From: Candidatus Ruania gallistercoris
Lineage (GTDB): Bacteria; Actinomycetota; Actinomycetes; Actinomycetales; Beutenbergiaceae
Reading direction: 5' to 3'
Length of the DNA: 64,000 bases
Assembly (NCBI GenBank): GCA_019116305.1
Contig: DXBY01000049.1
Location: 9,386-73,385, forward strand
Shown here: in pieces, positions 1 to 9,821 of the stretch
Numbering within the stretch: position 1 is the stretch's first letter
Layout of the letters: each line of letters begins with the position of its first letter
Made by a program: the position numbers and the translations under genes
The notes under the pieces: model-generated
The model's input: the letters and a program-made list of their open reading frames with translations, nothing else
The model's database searches: none
Told to the model about the DNA's origin: nothing

Positions 1-1275
1 TTCCCGGCTGCCGGTGCGAGCCGCATCGATCGTGCACCGCTCCACGTACTTCACAGCGCTGACCAGACCCCGTGCGTACTCGGGCAGCGGGTCGACGGCC
101 AGCGGGTGCACCCCCGAGGCGTCCACCCGGCACGGCACCTCGATCACCGCCGCCTCGTCCAGCTCGGCGAGCAGCCCGGCATTGGGGACGTTCAGGATCA
201 GCTCGGCTGCGTCGTCGTGCGCGATGGCGTGCATGATCGCCAGGGCCACCTCGTCATACCCACCGGAGACCAGATCACTCTCGTCCCGTTCAAAGCTGCC
301 GGCCGCCTCCCGGTTGGTGGCCATGTAGGTAGCTTCTCGGTCGGCGCGGGTGCGCTCCCAGAGGTCCTCTGCGCCGGCCGGCGGAAGATCGGCCGCGGCA
401 GTGTAGAAGCCGGCCTGCTGCTGTTCCAGGTACACCCCGCGGGTGGCCTCGGCGGCCGCTTCGGCTGCCTGCGTCTCGCGCTGGAAGTAGTAGTAGTGCA
501 GGTACTCGTTCGGCACTGCGCCGAGGGTCTGGATCCACTCCGGGGTGAACAACCGGCCTTCCTCGAAGGAGGCGATGAGGTCCGGTCGGGCAAGCAGGTC
601 ACCGAGCACGTCCTTGCCGTCCACCTGCAACCCACGGAGCCAGCCCAGGTGGTTCAACCCGATGTAGTCCACGTGCACCGGGCTACCACCCAGGCCCACT
701 CCTGCGCTGCTGCCGGCGGGAACCAGACCCTCACCCTCCAGGGTGGTGAGGACCCGGCGGGCCAGCCCCACCGGGGAGTCGCAGATGCCGATCACGCGCT
801 CGCCGAGGATTCCGGTCATCACCTCGGTCACCATCCCCGCCGGGTTGGTGAAGTTGATGACCCAGGCCTGTGGGCACACCGCCCGGATCCGTTCGGCGAG
901 GTCGACCACCACCGGCAGACCGCGCAGTGCGTAGCTGATGCCGCCCACACCGGTGGTCTCCTGCCCGATCAGCTGGTGCCGCAGGGCGATCCGCTCGTCC
1001 GCGGCCCGGGCGGCGGTCCCGCCCACCCGGATCGCGGAGAACACGAAGTCCGCGCCGGTCAGCGCCTCGTCGAGCTCGGTGCACACCACCACCTCGGGAG
1101 CATCCGGGTGTCCTGCCGCCTGGGCGGCGAGCACCTGCGCGATTCCGCGCACCCGTACCGGGTCGGTGTCGTAGAGGCGCACCTGGGTGACCCGCTCCGG
1201 GGAGGTGTCGGCCAGCAGCGCGCGGTAGACCAGCGGCACTCGGAAGCCGCCCCCGCCGAGGATTGTCAGTCGCAC
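1..1275 (-). CDS. Glycoside hydrolase family 4 (6-phospho-beta-glucosidase-like), 3' end runs off the window
   Basis: Not in the ORF track because it is open at the window edge. My translation from GTG at 1275 gives MRLTILGGGGFRVPLVY...QETTGVGGISYALR...INFTNPAGMVT...IGICDSP, containing the GH4 NAD-binding GGG motif, TNP and the catalytic C. Confidence 0.9.
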   Translation of the reverse strand, partial: MRLTILGGGGFRVPLVYRALLADTSPERVTQVRLYDTDPVRVRGIAQVLAAQAAGHPDAPEVVVCTELDEALTGADFVFSAIRVGGTAARAADERIALRHQLIGQETTGVGGISYALRGLPVVVDLAERIRAVCPQAWVINFTNPAGMVTEVMTGILGERVIGICDSPVGLARRVLTTLEGEGLVPAGSSAGVGLGGSPVHVDYIGLNHLGWLRGLQVDGKDVLGDLLARPDLIASFEEGRLFTPEWIQTLGAVPNEYLHYYYFQRETQAAEAAAEATRGVYLEQQQAGFYTAAADLPPAGAEDLWERTRADREATYMATNREAAGSFERDESDLVSGGYDEVALAIMHAIAHDDAAELILNVPNAGLLAELDEAAVIEVPCRVDASGVHPLAVDPLPEYARGLVSAVKYVERCTIDAARTGSRE

Positions 1276-1327
1276 AGGGCGATCATGTCACCTTTCCGGG
1301 GCCCGGCACGCACCTGACCACCCGTCT

Positions 1328-1418
1328 GAGGTCTCGCCTGCGGACTGAGGTCGTCGCGGCTTACCTCAGTCCGCCGCAGCTACCTCCGAGCGCCGCAGGC
1401 ACCCCCGAGCGCCGCAGT
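1328..1418. repeat. Composite extragenic element with 19-bp periodicity, copy A (includes a 12-bp perfect stem 1340-1351/1363-1374)
   Basis: GAGGT at 1328 and 1347; ACCTC at 1363 and 1382; ACCCC at 1401; CGCCGCAG at 1372, 1391 and 1410. Same geometry as 48278-48360. Confidence 0.8.
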
Positions 1419-4400
1419 CACACGGAGAAGTACTTCGCCTCCGGGTGGTGGAAGACGAGTGCGTCGGTGGACTGCTCCGGGTGCAGCTGCAGCTCCTCGC
1501 TCAGGCTCACCCCGATTCGGTCCGGGCGGAGCAGCTCGACGATCTTCGCCCGGTCGGCCAGGTCCGGGCAGGCCGGGTAGCCGAAGGAGTACCGGGCACC
1601 GCGGTAGGCCACCTTGAACATCCCCTCCAGGTCGTCCGGATCCTCGGCGGCGAAGCCGAGCTCCTCGCGCACCCGGGCGTGCCAGTACTCGGCGAGTGCC
1701 TCGGTCAGCTGCACCGAGAGACCGTGCAGCTCCAGGTACTCCCGGTACCGGTTCTGCGCGAACAGCTCGCCAGTGCGCTCGGCCACCCGCGGGCCGACGG
1801 TGACCAGCTGCATACCGATCACGTCCACCTCCCCGGACTCCCGCGGCCGCACGAAGTCGGCCAGGCACAGGTGCCGGTCCCGGCGCTGGCGGGGAAAGGT
1901 GAACCGGAGCCGCTCGCTGCCGGGCTCCGCGCCGGAGCCGCCGTCCGGGCCGTCGTGGTGCAGGATCACCACGTCATCGCCGTCGGCCACGGCGGGGAAG
2001 TACCCGTACACCACAGAGGGCACGAGCAGATCGTCGGTGGCGATCTGCTCCAACCACTGGCGTAGCCGGGGGCGTCCCTCGGTGGCCACCAGCTCCTCAT
2101 AGCTCGGTCCGTCGCCGCGGCTGGGTTTGAGCCCCCACTGCCCCATGAACGTGGCCCGTTCGTCCAGGAAGGCCGCATACCCGGCCTGGGCGATCCCCTT
2201 CACCACCCGCGTCCCCCAGAACGGCGGGGTGGGCACCGGGTTGTCCGCTGCCACGTCCGACCGTGCCGGCAGCTCTTCCAGCGGGGTCTGCTCGATGGTG
2301 ACCGTGGCATGCCGGCGTTTCTTCAACGGGGGCAGGCCGACGGCGTCGGGAGCCTCTCCACGGGAAACCCGTACCAGCGGCTCCATCAGGCGCAGGCCTT
2401 CGAACGCGTCCCGGGCGTAGCGCACCTGGCCGTCGTAGAGATCGGCCAGGTCGTCCTCGACGTAGACCCGGGTCAGCGCCGCCCCGCCGAGCAGCACCGG
2501 GTAGGTGCCGGCCAGGTCGCGGCCATTCAGCTCCTCGAGATTCTCCTTCATCACCACTGTGGACTTCACCAACAGCCCGCTCATCCCGATCACATCGGCC
2601 TGGTGGGTCTGAGCCGCTTCGATGAAGGCCGACACCGGCTGCTTGATGCCGAGGTTCACCACGGTGTAGCCGTTGTTGGACAAGATGATGTCCACCAGGT
2701 TCTTGCCGATGTCGTGCACGTCCCCGCGTACGGTGCCGAGCACGATCGTGCCCTTGCCGACGTCATCGGCGACCTTCTCCATGTGGGGTTCCAGGTGCGC
2801 TACCGCGGTCTTCATCGTCTCCGCGGACTGCAGCACGAAGGGCAGCTGCATCTCCCCGGCGCCGAACCGCTCCCCCACCACCTTCATCCCGGCCAGCAGG
2901 TGGTCGTTGACGATGTCCAGCGCCTTCCAGCCTTCGGCCAGGCCGGCGTCCAGGTCCTCGGTGAGCCCCTTCATCTCCCCGTCGATGATCCGGCGGGCGA
3001 GCCGTTCGTCCAGCGGCAGACCGGCCAGCTCGGCGGCACGCGCATCCTTCATCGCGGCAGTGTCCACCCCGGAGAACACCTCGAGCAGGTGAGCGAGCGG
3101 ATCATGGGTCATCCCGCCGTCGGCATCGTATTCGCGCTTGTCCCAGACCAGGTCCAGCGCGGCCTGGCGCTGCTCCTCCGGGATCGAGGCGAGCGGGAGG
3201 ATCTTCGCGGCGTGCACGATCGCCGAGTCCAGCCCAGCCTGCACGGCCTCGTGCAGGAACACCGAGTTCAGCACCACCCGAGCTGCCGGGTTCAGCCCGA
3301 AGGACACGTTCGAGACGCCCAGCGTGGTGTGCACCCCGGGGTAGCGCTGCTTCAGCTCGCGGATCGCCTCGATCGTCTCGATCGCGTCCCGCCGGGTCTC
3401 CTCCTGACCGGTGGCGATCGGGAACGTGAGCGCGTCCACGATGATGTCCTGCACGGCCATCCCCCACTGGGTGGTGAGGTCCTCGATCAGCCGGGACGCC
3501 ACCGCGACCTTGTGCTCGGCGGTACGCGCTTGCCCCTGCTCGTCGATGGTCAGCGCCACCACCGCCGCGCCGTGCTCCTTGACCAGCGGCATCACCCGGG
3601 CGTAGCGGGAGGTGGAGCCGTCGCCGTCCTCGAAGTTCACCGAGTTCACCACAGCGCGCCCGCCCACCAGCTCCAGGCCGGCCTGGATCACGTCCGGTTC
3701 GGTGGAGTCGATCACCAGCGGCAGAGTGGAGGCGCTGGCCAGGCGGGAGATCACTTCGTGGGCGTCGCGAACCCCGTCCCGGCCGACGTAGTCGATGCAC
3801 ACGTCCAGCAGGTGCGCACCGTCCCGGGTCTGCGCCCGCGCGATCTGGGTGCACTCGTCCCAGTTCTCGGCGAGCATGGCCTCCCGGAACGCCTTGGAGC
3901 CGTTGGCGTTGGTGCGCTCCCCGATCGCCAGGAACGCGGCGTCCTGGTCGAAGTCGGTGTGCGAGTACAGGCTGGCCACCCCGTGGGTGGGCTCGGGGGT
4001 GCGAGGGGTGATCGGCTTGCCGTGCACGGCCTCCACGACGGCGCGCAGGTGCTCCGGAGTGGTGCCGCAGCAGCCCCCCACCAGCGACAGGCCGAACTCG
4101 GACGTGAACTGGGTGTGCGCGGCGGCCAGCTCGGCGGGGGTGAGCGGATACTCGGCACCGTTCTTGCCGAGCACCGGCAGCCCGGCGTTCGGCTGGCAGG
4201 TCACCGGGATGCTCGCGTGCTTGGCCAGGTAGCGCAGGTGCTCGCTCATCTCGGTCGGGCCGGTGGCACAGTTCAGCCCGATCGCATCGATGCCCAAGGC
4301 CTGCAGCACGGTCAGGGCCGCACCGATCTCCGAACCCATCAGCATGGTGCCGGTGGTCTCCACGGTCACCTGGGCGATGATCGGGATGTCGACGGCGGTG

Positions 4401-4948
4401 CGTTCCCGGGCGATCTTGGTCGCGTTGATCGCCGCTTTCGTCTGCAGCAGGTCCTGGCTGGTCTCGATCAGGATCGCGTCCGCGCCGCCGCGGATCAGAC
4501 CCTCCGCCTGGTCGGCGAAGCTGGCTTTCAGGTCGGCGTAGGGCACGTGCCCGAGGCTGGGCAGCTTGGTGCCCGGTCCCATCGCACCGAGCACCCATCG
4601 CGGCCGGTCCGGGGAACTGTGCTTGTCCGCGCTCCGCCGCGCGATCGCGGCACCGGCCTCGGCGAGCTCGGCGATGCGCTCGACGATGTCGTAGTCGCCG
4701 AGGTTGGAGGCGTTCGCACCGAAGGTGTTCGTCTCCACACAGTCCACACCCACAGCGAAGTAGGCGTCGTGGATGCCCTCGATCACGTCCGGGCGGGTGA
4801 CGTTGAGGATCTCGTTGCAGCCCTCGAGGTCCTGGAAGTCCGCCAGAGTGAGGTCGGCGGCCTGCAGCATGGTGCCCATCGCACCGTCGGCGACCACCAC
4901 CCGCTCAGCGAGGGCATCGAACAGGGCGGTGGAACGGTCTGGGCGCAT
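1418..4948 (-). CDS. metH: Cobalamin-dependent methionine synthase
   Basis: DGAMGTML start, GGCCGT Zn motif, IGERTNANGSK pterin domain, GDVHDIGKN B12 motif, C-terminal RYSFGYPACP. Start moved to ATG 4948, which follows TACACT plus 7 nt. Confidence 0.97.
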   Translation of the reverse strand: MRPDRSTALFDALAERVVVADGAMGTMLQAADLTLADFQDLEGCNEILNVTRPDVIEGIHDAYFAVGVDCVETNTFGANASNLGDYDIVERIAELAEAGAAIARRSADKHSSPDRPRWVLGAMGPGTKLPSLGHVPYADLKASFADQAEGLIRGGADAILIETSQDLLQTKAAINATKIARERTAVDIPIIAQVTVETTGTMLMGSEIGAALTVLQALGIDAIGLNCATGPTEMSEHLRYLAKHASIPVTCQPNAGLPVLGKNGAEYPLTPAELAAAHTQFTSEFGLSLVGGCCGTTPEHLRAVVEAVHGKPITPRTPEPTHGVASLYSHTDFDQDAAFLAIGERTNANGSKAFREAMLAENWDECTQIARAQTRDGAHLLDVCIDYVGRDGVRDAHEVISRLASASTLPLVIDSTEPDVIQAGLELVGGRAVVNSVNFEDGDGSTSRYARVMPLVKEHGAAVVALTIDEQGQARTAEHKVAVASRLIEDLTTQWGMAVQDIIVDALTFPIATGQEETRRDAIETIEAIRELKQRYPGVHTTLGVSNVSFGLNPAARVVLNSVFLHEAVQAGLDSAIVHAAKILPLASIPEEQRQAALDLVWDKREYDADGGMTHDPLAHLLEVFSGVDTAAMKDARAAELAGLPLDERLARRIIDGEMKGLTEDLDAGLAEGWKALDIVNDHLLAGMKVVGERFGAGEMQLPFVLQSAETMKTAVAHLEPHMEKVADDVGKGTIVLGTVRGDVHDIGKNLVDIILSNNGYTVVNLGIKQPVSAFIEAAQTHQADVIGMSGLLVKSTVVMKENLEELNGRDLAGTYPVLLGGAALTRVYVEDDLADLYDGQVRYARDAFEGLRLMEPLVRVSRGEAPDAVGLPPLKKRRHATVTIEQTPLEELPARSDVAADNPVPTPPFWGTRVVKGIAQAGYAAFLDERATFMGQWGLKPSRGDGPSYEELVATEGRPRLRQWLEQIATDDLLVPSVVYGYFPAVADGDDVVILHHDGPDGGSGAEPGSERLRFTFPRQRRDRHLCLADFVRPRESGEVDVIGMQLVTVGPRVAERTGELFAQNRYREYLELHGLSVQLTEALAEYWHARVREELGFAAEDPDDLEGMFKVAYRGARYSFGYPACPDLADRAKIVELLRPDRIGVSLSEELQLHPEQSTDALVFHHPEAKYFSV

Positions 4949-5027
4949 AGGACTGAGTGTAAGGAGAGCGGCACTCCTCCGGGGTGCCATCTCGGATGTG
5001 GGACCGTGCCGACGCCGATCGCCTGCC

Positions 5028-6023
5028 TCACGGGATGTCGACCGGGAGCGGCTCTCGTTCTCCATGGCGGCCCGAGGTCTCGACGCCGGATCGCTGCTGC
5101 GCCACTCGCGTGATGCTCAGCGCGGCGATCCGCTCGGCGTTCCCGATCACCTCGATCCGCACGATCCGGTTCTGCCGCAGACCGAAGGCGTAGACAGCCG
5201 TGGCGCTGGCGCCGGTGGCGTAGATGGCACCGGGCATACCGTCGATCAACGCCCGGCGCGCCTTGGCGGCGCGGCCAGCGAACGCTCGCGCCACCGCATC
5301 CGCTCCGTGCAACGACGGGGCCAGCTCCGGAGCCCCTGCCGCGACGAACGGGGCCGATCCGGCGATCACCTCCTGGTCCGCCCGCAACCGGATCTCCGGG
5401 TCGAGCAGCCGCAGCAAGCTGCCGAAATCTCCCTCGCGGGATGCCCTCAGGAAGGCGTCGACGGCCTCGCTTCGGCGGCGGCGTTCGTGCGGCACATCGA
5501 TGTTGGCCACCCGACGGCGTGCTCGGGAGGCGAGCTGGCGCGCCGCCGCTGAGGACCGCTGCACGATCGGCGCGATCTCATCGAAGGGCACCGAGAACAC
5601 ATCGTGCAAGACGAACGCGAGGCGTTCCAGCGGGGCCAGCTCCTCCACCACGAGCAGTGCCATGCTCACCTCATCGCCGGTGAGCGCCACTACCTCGGGC
5701 ACCTCAGGTCCCTCGGCCGGCGCCAGTTCCGGCAGGTCGGCGCCCAGTTCTTCGTGTCGACTGACCAGGTGCCGCAGGTGGTCGAGGCAGATTCGCGAGG
5801 TGATAGTGGTCAGCCAGGCCTCAAGATTCTCGATACCGCCGGTCTCACTGCGCTGCAGCCGGATCCAGGTCTCCTGCACGGCGTCGTCTGCATCCCAGGT
5901 CGAGCCGAGCATCCGCGTCGCCAGGGCGTGCAGGCGCGGACGCTGCATGGCGAAGACCTCAGCGAGCACAGCAGGCCCGCCCGCCTGCCCGCCGGTGACC
6001 ACCGGTGTCCGTTGAGTCATCAT
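5028..6023 (-). CDS. ECF sigma-70 factor with C-terminal SnoaL-like extension (SigJ/ECF41-like)
   Basis: DADDAVQETWIRL (region 2), LERLAFVLHDVFSVPFDEIA..AARQLASRARR (region 4), and C-terminal VDAFLRASREGDFGSLLRLLDPEIRLRAD. Start at ATG 6023 or 6020. Confidence 0.88.
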   Translation of the reverse strand: MMTQRTPVVTGGQAGGPAVLAEVFAMQRPRLHALATRMLGSTWDADDAVQETWIRLQRSETGGIENLEAWLTTITSRICLDHLRHLVSRHEELGADLPELAPAEGPEVPEVVALTGDEVSMALLVVEELAPLERLAFVLHDVFSVPFDEIAPIVQRSSAAARQLASRARRRVANIDVPHERRRRSEAVDAFLRASREGDFGSLLRLLDPEIRLRADQEVIAGSAPFVAAGAPELAPSLHGADAVARAFAGRAAKARRALIDGMPGAIYATGASATAVYAFGLRQNRIVRIEVIGNAERIAALSITRVAQQRSGVETSGRHGEREPLPVDIP

Positions 6024-6044
6024 TCGCTCCCGTCTCGGTCGGCC

Positions 6045-6071
6045 TGTCACATCTGGCGCGGCCCGCTCGTC
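6045..6071 (+). promoter_or_regulatory. ECF41-type promoter TGTCACA-N16-CGTC driving the FAD oxidoreductase
   Basis: TGTCACA at 6045-6051, exactly 16 nt of spacer, CGTC at 6068-6071. It lies next to an ECF41-like sigma gene. Confidence 0.8.
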
Positions 6072-6134
6072 GTACTGAGTGACACGGGCTCGCGCCGCGT
6101 ACCGTCAGCGAATCGACAGCGAAGGAACTCTCTC

Positions 6135-7463
6135 ATGACCGACCGACACTCCCCCCTCAGCCCCGCACAGGCGTCCGCGCTACCGACCGCCGTCCGCGGG
6201 CGAGTCTGGCTCCCGGGCGATGGCGGCTTCGAGAAGGCGGGCCAGGCGTGGAACCTGGCCATCGACCAGCAGGTCACGGCCGTGGTCGAGGCCGAGGACG
6301 CCGCGGATGTGACCAGCCTCGTCCGGTTCGCGGCTGCGGCCGGGCTCTCGATCGCGACCCAGCCGAACGGTCACGGTGCCACCGGACGGGCCGCCGGCAG
6401 CATCCTGCTCCGCACCGGCAGGCTCGCCGAGATCGAGATCGACGCCGAGCACCGCAGGGCGCGGATCGGCGCGGGGGTCTCCTCCGGCGCCCTGCAGCGC
6501 GCGACCGCCGAGCACGGACTCACCGCCCTGCCGGGCAGCTCCCCGGTGGTCAGCGTCACCGGAGTGGCGCTCGGCGGTGGGCTGAGCTGGTTCGGCCGGG
6601 CGTTCGGCTGGGTCGCGGACAGCATCACCGCGTTCGATGTGGTGGACGCCGCGGGGCAGCTGCGGCAGGTGAGCGCAGACCAGGATGCCGACCTGTTCTG
6701 GGCGCTGCGCGGTGGGGGCGGCGACTATGCGATCGTCACTGGCCTCGAGCTCACCCTCCAGGAGGCGCCGGCCGTCTTCGGTGGCCGGATCGTCTGGGCG
6801 CACGAGCATGCCGCAGCCGTCGCGCACACGTTCGCTGAGGTGACCCGCTCGGCGCCGAACGAGCTCACCCTGTGGCTGGAGCTGATGAACTTTCCGGGGG
6901 CGGATCCGATGGTAGCCATCGACGTCACCTTCCTCGGGCCGGAACTAGCCGCCCGAGAACTGCTGGGGGTCCTCGATGCCCTCCCGGCCCCGCTCAGCGA
7001 CTCCCTCGCGATGATCTCTGTGGCTGAGCTCGGCAGCATCACCGCCGAACCCACCGATCCCAGTCCCGGTATGTCCCGCGCCGCGCTGCTCACCGGATTC
7101 GACGAGCAGACCAGCACCGCCCTGCTGGCCGAACCGATCGCCCCGTTGCTGGGCGTCCAGATCCGCCACCTCGGCGGTGCGCTGGGTCAGGACAGCAACA
7201 GCCCGCACGGCCCGTTGGTCGAACCGTACGGGGTGTATCTGATCGGTTCGCCGGCGCTGGCCGAGGCCACAGCCATCACCGACCGGCAACAGTCCATCCT
7301 CGACGGTCTACCCACCAGCGGGCGCAGACCGGTCACTGTGCTCGCACCGGGCGAGAGCCTCGCCGATGCACTGCCGGCCGACTCGCTGGAGCGCCTGCGC
7401 CGGATCAAGCGCGAGCGCGACCCGCAAGGAGTGTTCCGAGCGAACTTCAGCGTGCTGGACTGA
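6135..7463 (+). CDS. FAD-binding oxidoreductase (FAD_binding_4/BBE-like)
   Basis: ATG 6135 after GAAGGAAC. Motifs ATQPNGHG, RIGAGV, VSVTGVALGGGLSW, LFWALRGGGG and C-terminal IKRERDPQGVF. Confidence 0.88.
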   Translation: MTDRHSPLSPAQASALPTAVRGRVWLPGDGGFEKAGQAWNLAIDQQVTAVVEAEDAADVTSLVRFAAAAGLSIATQPNGHGATGRAAGSILLRTGRLAEIEIDAEHRRARIGAGVSSGALQRATAEHGLTALPGSSPVVSVTGVALGGGLSWFGRAFGWVADSITAFDVVDAAGQLRQVSADQDADLFWALRGGGGDYAIVTGLELTLQEAPAVFGGRIVWAHEHAAAVAHTFAEVTRSAPNELTLWLELMNFPGADPMVAIDVTFLGPELAARELLGVLDALPAPLSDSLAMISVAELGSITAEPTDPSPGMSRAALLTGFDEQTSTALLAEPIAPLLGVQIRHLGGALGQDSNSPHGPLVEPYGVYLIGSPALAEATAITDRQQSILDGLPTSGRRPVTVLAPGESLADALPADSLERLRRIKRERDPQGVFRANFSVLD

Positions 7464-7480
7464 GAGCGCCCCGGAAGGGA

Positions 7481-8947
7481 TCACAACTCACGAGGTGGAG
7501 ACTCCTTCGCTGAGGCCTGTGGCCGCGGGGCGAACGCGGTAGGCGTGGTGAAGGCCGTCAGCCCGCCGCCGTCGCGCACCGGGGCTCGCTGGCCGGCACC
7601 GGTGACCGGCAGCCGCACGCCGTCAGTCTCCGGTAGCGAGTACGTGGCGAACCAGCTGGCCAGCCGGCCGGCCAGGTCGCCGCGGCGATCGTCGCAGGAG
7701 GGGTCATGGGCGAGGTTGCACCGCTCGCCCGGGTCCTCGGCCAGGTGATAGAGCTCATGCGGACCGTGCGGGTAGCGGTGCACGTACTTCCAGTCCCGGG
7801 TCCGGATCATCCGCACCGGCCCGTACTCGTCGTGCACCACCACGTGCTCTCGCTCGCCGCCGGGCGCCCCGCGCAACAGCGATAGGAACGACTCCCCCGG
7901 CGCGAGCCGATCGGCCGGGTCCGCGATGCCGCACAGCTCGCGAATGGTCGGGGCCAGGTCGTAGGCGGAGATCAGCTCCTCGCGTACCTGACCGGCGGGC
8001 AGGTGCCCGGGCCAGCTGACCAGGAACGGCACGGTGACCGACTCCTCGTACATGTTCTGCGGAAACGTCCCGTTGCCCTTGCCCCAGACACCGTGGTGAC
8101 CGCAGCTGAACCCGTTGTCACTGGTGACGATCACCACAGTGTTCTCCCGCAGGCCCGTTTCGTCGAGCGTCTGCAGGATCCGCCCCACCCCCGCATCCAT
8201 CGCACTGACCGCTGCGAAGTAGCCCTCCAACGCCGCCCGTTCGTCCGCCTCTCCCCCGATCGGGTGCCAGTCGACGAGCGGCACCCACGGGTGGCGCGGC
8301 TCGGTCGGTACCGACTCGAAGGCGCAGTCGGCGTACAGGTCGGTGAACTCCTGCGGGTGCGAACCAGCCCACGGACTGTGCGGTGCGGTGTAGTGCACGG
8401 ACAGGTAGAACGGCTCCGGACGGTCCGATTCGCCTGCGATGAACGCCTGTGCCGCATCGGTGAACACCTCGGTGACATACCCGGGGGCCTCCACCGGGCC
8501 ATCTTCGTCATGCAGGGGCGCTCCGTAGTACGGGCCCCCTCCGCCGTCGTGAGCGAGCCAGCGCACGAAACCCGTCCGGGGGACCTCGTTCGCCCCGAGG
8601 TGCCACTTGCCGACCATCCCCAACCGGTACCCGGCATCGGCCAGGTCGTCGGTGAAGGTGGGTTGCCCGGCCAGGAAGTCGATCGCACCCCGGCCCACGC
8701 CGGGAGCATCCAGGTAGTCGTGCACGCCGTGGACTGAGGGCATTCGTCCGGTGAACAGGGACGCTCGGGCCGGCGAGCAGACCGGAGAGGCGCAGTAGAA
8801 GTGCGTCAGGCGAGTACCGGAGGCAGCGAGCGCGTCCAGGGTGGGGGTGCGGATCTCCTCGTTGCCGGCGCAGCTCATCGCCCACGGGCCTTGGTCGTCG
8901 GTGAGCACCAGCACCACGTTCGGCCGGGCAGCATCGCGGCTGGCCAT
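7481..8947 (-). CDS. Formylglycine-dependent sulfatase (S1 family)
   Basis: PNVVLVLTDDQG, CSPARASLFTG (CxPxR), GKWHLG, SDNG and ELYHLAEDPGE. Start at ATG 8947. Confidence 0.92.
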   Translation of the reverse strand: MASRDAARPNVVLVLTDDQGPWAMSCAGNEEIRTPTLDALAASGTRLTHFYCASPVCSPARASLFTGRMPSVHGVHDYLDAPGVGRGAIDFLAGQPTFTDDLADAGYRLGMVGKWHLGANEVPRTGFVRWLAHDGGGGPYYGAPLHDEDGPVEAPGYVTEVFTDAAQAFIAGESDRPEPFYLSVHYTAPHSPWAGSHPQEFTDLYADCAFESVPTEPRHPWVPLVDWHPIGGEADERAALEGYFAAVSAMDAGVGRILQTLDETGLRENTVVIVTSDNGFSCGHHGVWGKGNGTFPQNMYEESVTVPFLVSWPGHLPAGQVREELISAYDLAPTIRELCGIADPADRLAPGESFLSLLRGAPGGEREHVVVHDEYGPVRMIRTRDWKYVHRYPHGPHELYHLAEDPGERCNLAHDPSCDDRRGDLAGRLASWFATYSLPETDGVRLPVTGAGQRAPVRDGGGLTAFTTPTAFAPRPQASAKESPPREL

Positions 8948-8987
8948 CAGCGCACCTCGCCGTCGGCGATCACCTGCACATCGCCGC

Positions 8988-9821
8988 TCAGCCCGCGTAC
9001 CAGCGCAGCAGCCGCTCCACCTCGGCCCCGACCGCCTCACCCGCCGGGGCGAACCACTTGCGGGTGTCCACCAGGTCCGCATCTGCGACGAGCGTCTCGC
9101 GCACCGAGCCCGTGAAGATCTGGTTCAGGTGGGTGGAGACGTTGATCTTGGTCATCCCGGCCGCGATCGCCGCTCGCATCCCCTCGTCGCTCACTCCCGA
9201 AGAGCCGTGCAACACCAGGGGTGTGTCCACGGCGGCGGCGATCGCGGCGATCAGGTCAGTATCGAGCACCGCCCCGCGGGTGGTCATCGCGTGCGAGGAG
9301 CCGACCGCGACAGCGAGCAGGTCCACCCCGGTGGCAGCCACGAACTCGGCAGCCTCCCCCGGATCGGTGCGCACACTCGGATCATGCACGCCGTTCTTCC
9401 CGCCGATCTCACCGAGCTCAGCCTCCACGCTCACCCCCCGCGCGTGGGCGTCGGCGACGACGGACGCCGTGGTGGCGATGTTCTCCTCGGCGGGCAGCCG
9501 GGAGCCGTCGTACATGATCGAGGTGAAACCTAGGTCGAGTGCCTCGGCCACCAGGCCGGTGTCGTCGGCATGGTCCAGATGCACCACCGTGGGCACACCG
9601 GCGGCCCGGGCCACGGCCAGGGTGCCCGCGGCGATCGGCTCGAGGCGGCCGTGATACTTCACCGCGTTCTGGCTGATCTGCAGCACGACCGGCAGGTCCG
9701 CCCGTTCGGCGGCGGCCACGAACGTCTCGGCATGCTCGAGATGGATCACGTTGAACGCCCCCAGGCCGCGGCCGCGCTCGCGGGACTGGTGGGCGAGGGT
9801 GGTCAGATCAGCTAGCGGCAT
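8988..9821 (-). CDS. Class II fructose/tagatose-1,6-bisphosphate aldolase
   Basis: GAFNV, VHLDHA, SIMYDGS, VEAELGEIGG, AVGSSH, LVLHGSSG and KINVST. Start at ATG 9821. Confidence 0.92.
   Translation of the reverse strand: MPLADLTTLAHQSRERGRGLGAFNVIHLEHAETFVAAAERADLPVVLQISQNAVKYHGRLEPIAAGTLAVARAAGVPTVVHLDHADDTGLVAEALDLGFTSIMYDGSRLPAEENIATTASVVADAHARGVSVEAELGEIGGKNGVHDPSVRTDPGEAAEFVAATGVDLLAVAVGSSHAMTTRGAVLDTDLIAAIAAAVDTPLVLHGSSGVSDEGMRAAIAAGMTKINVSTHLNQIFTGSVRETLVADADLVDTRKWFAPAGEAVGAEVERLLRWYAG

Noticed and set aside
4949-5027. Cobalamin or SAM riboswitch upstream of metH
   Set aside because: The gap is under 80 nt and a -10 box sits 7 nt from the ATG. No riboswitch consensus is visible.
2309-5113. 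934-aa plus-strand ORF
   Set aside because: Antisense shadow of metH. Long stop-free opposite frames are expected at ~70% GC, and it has no motifs.
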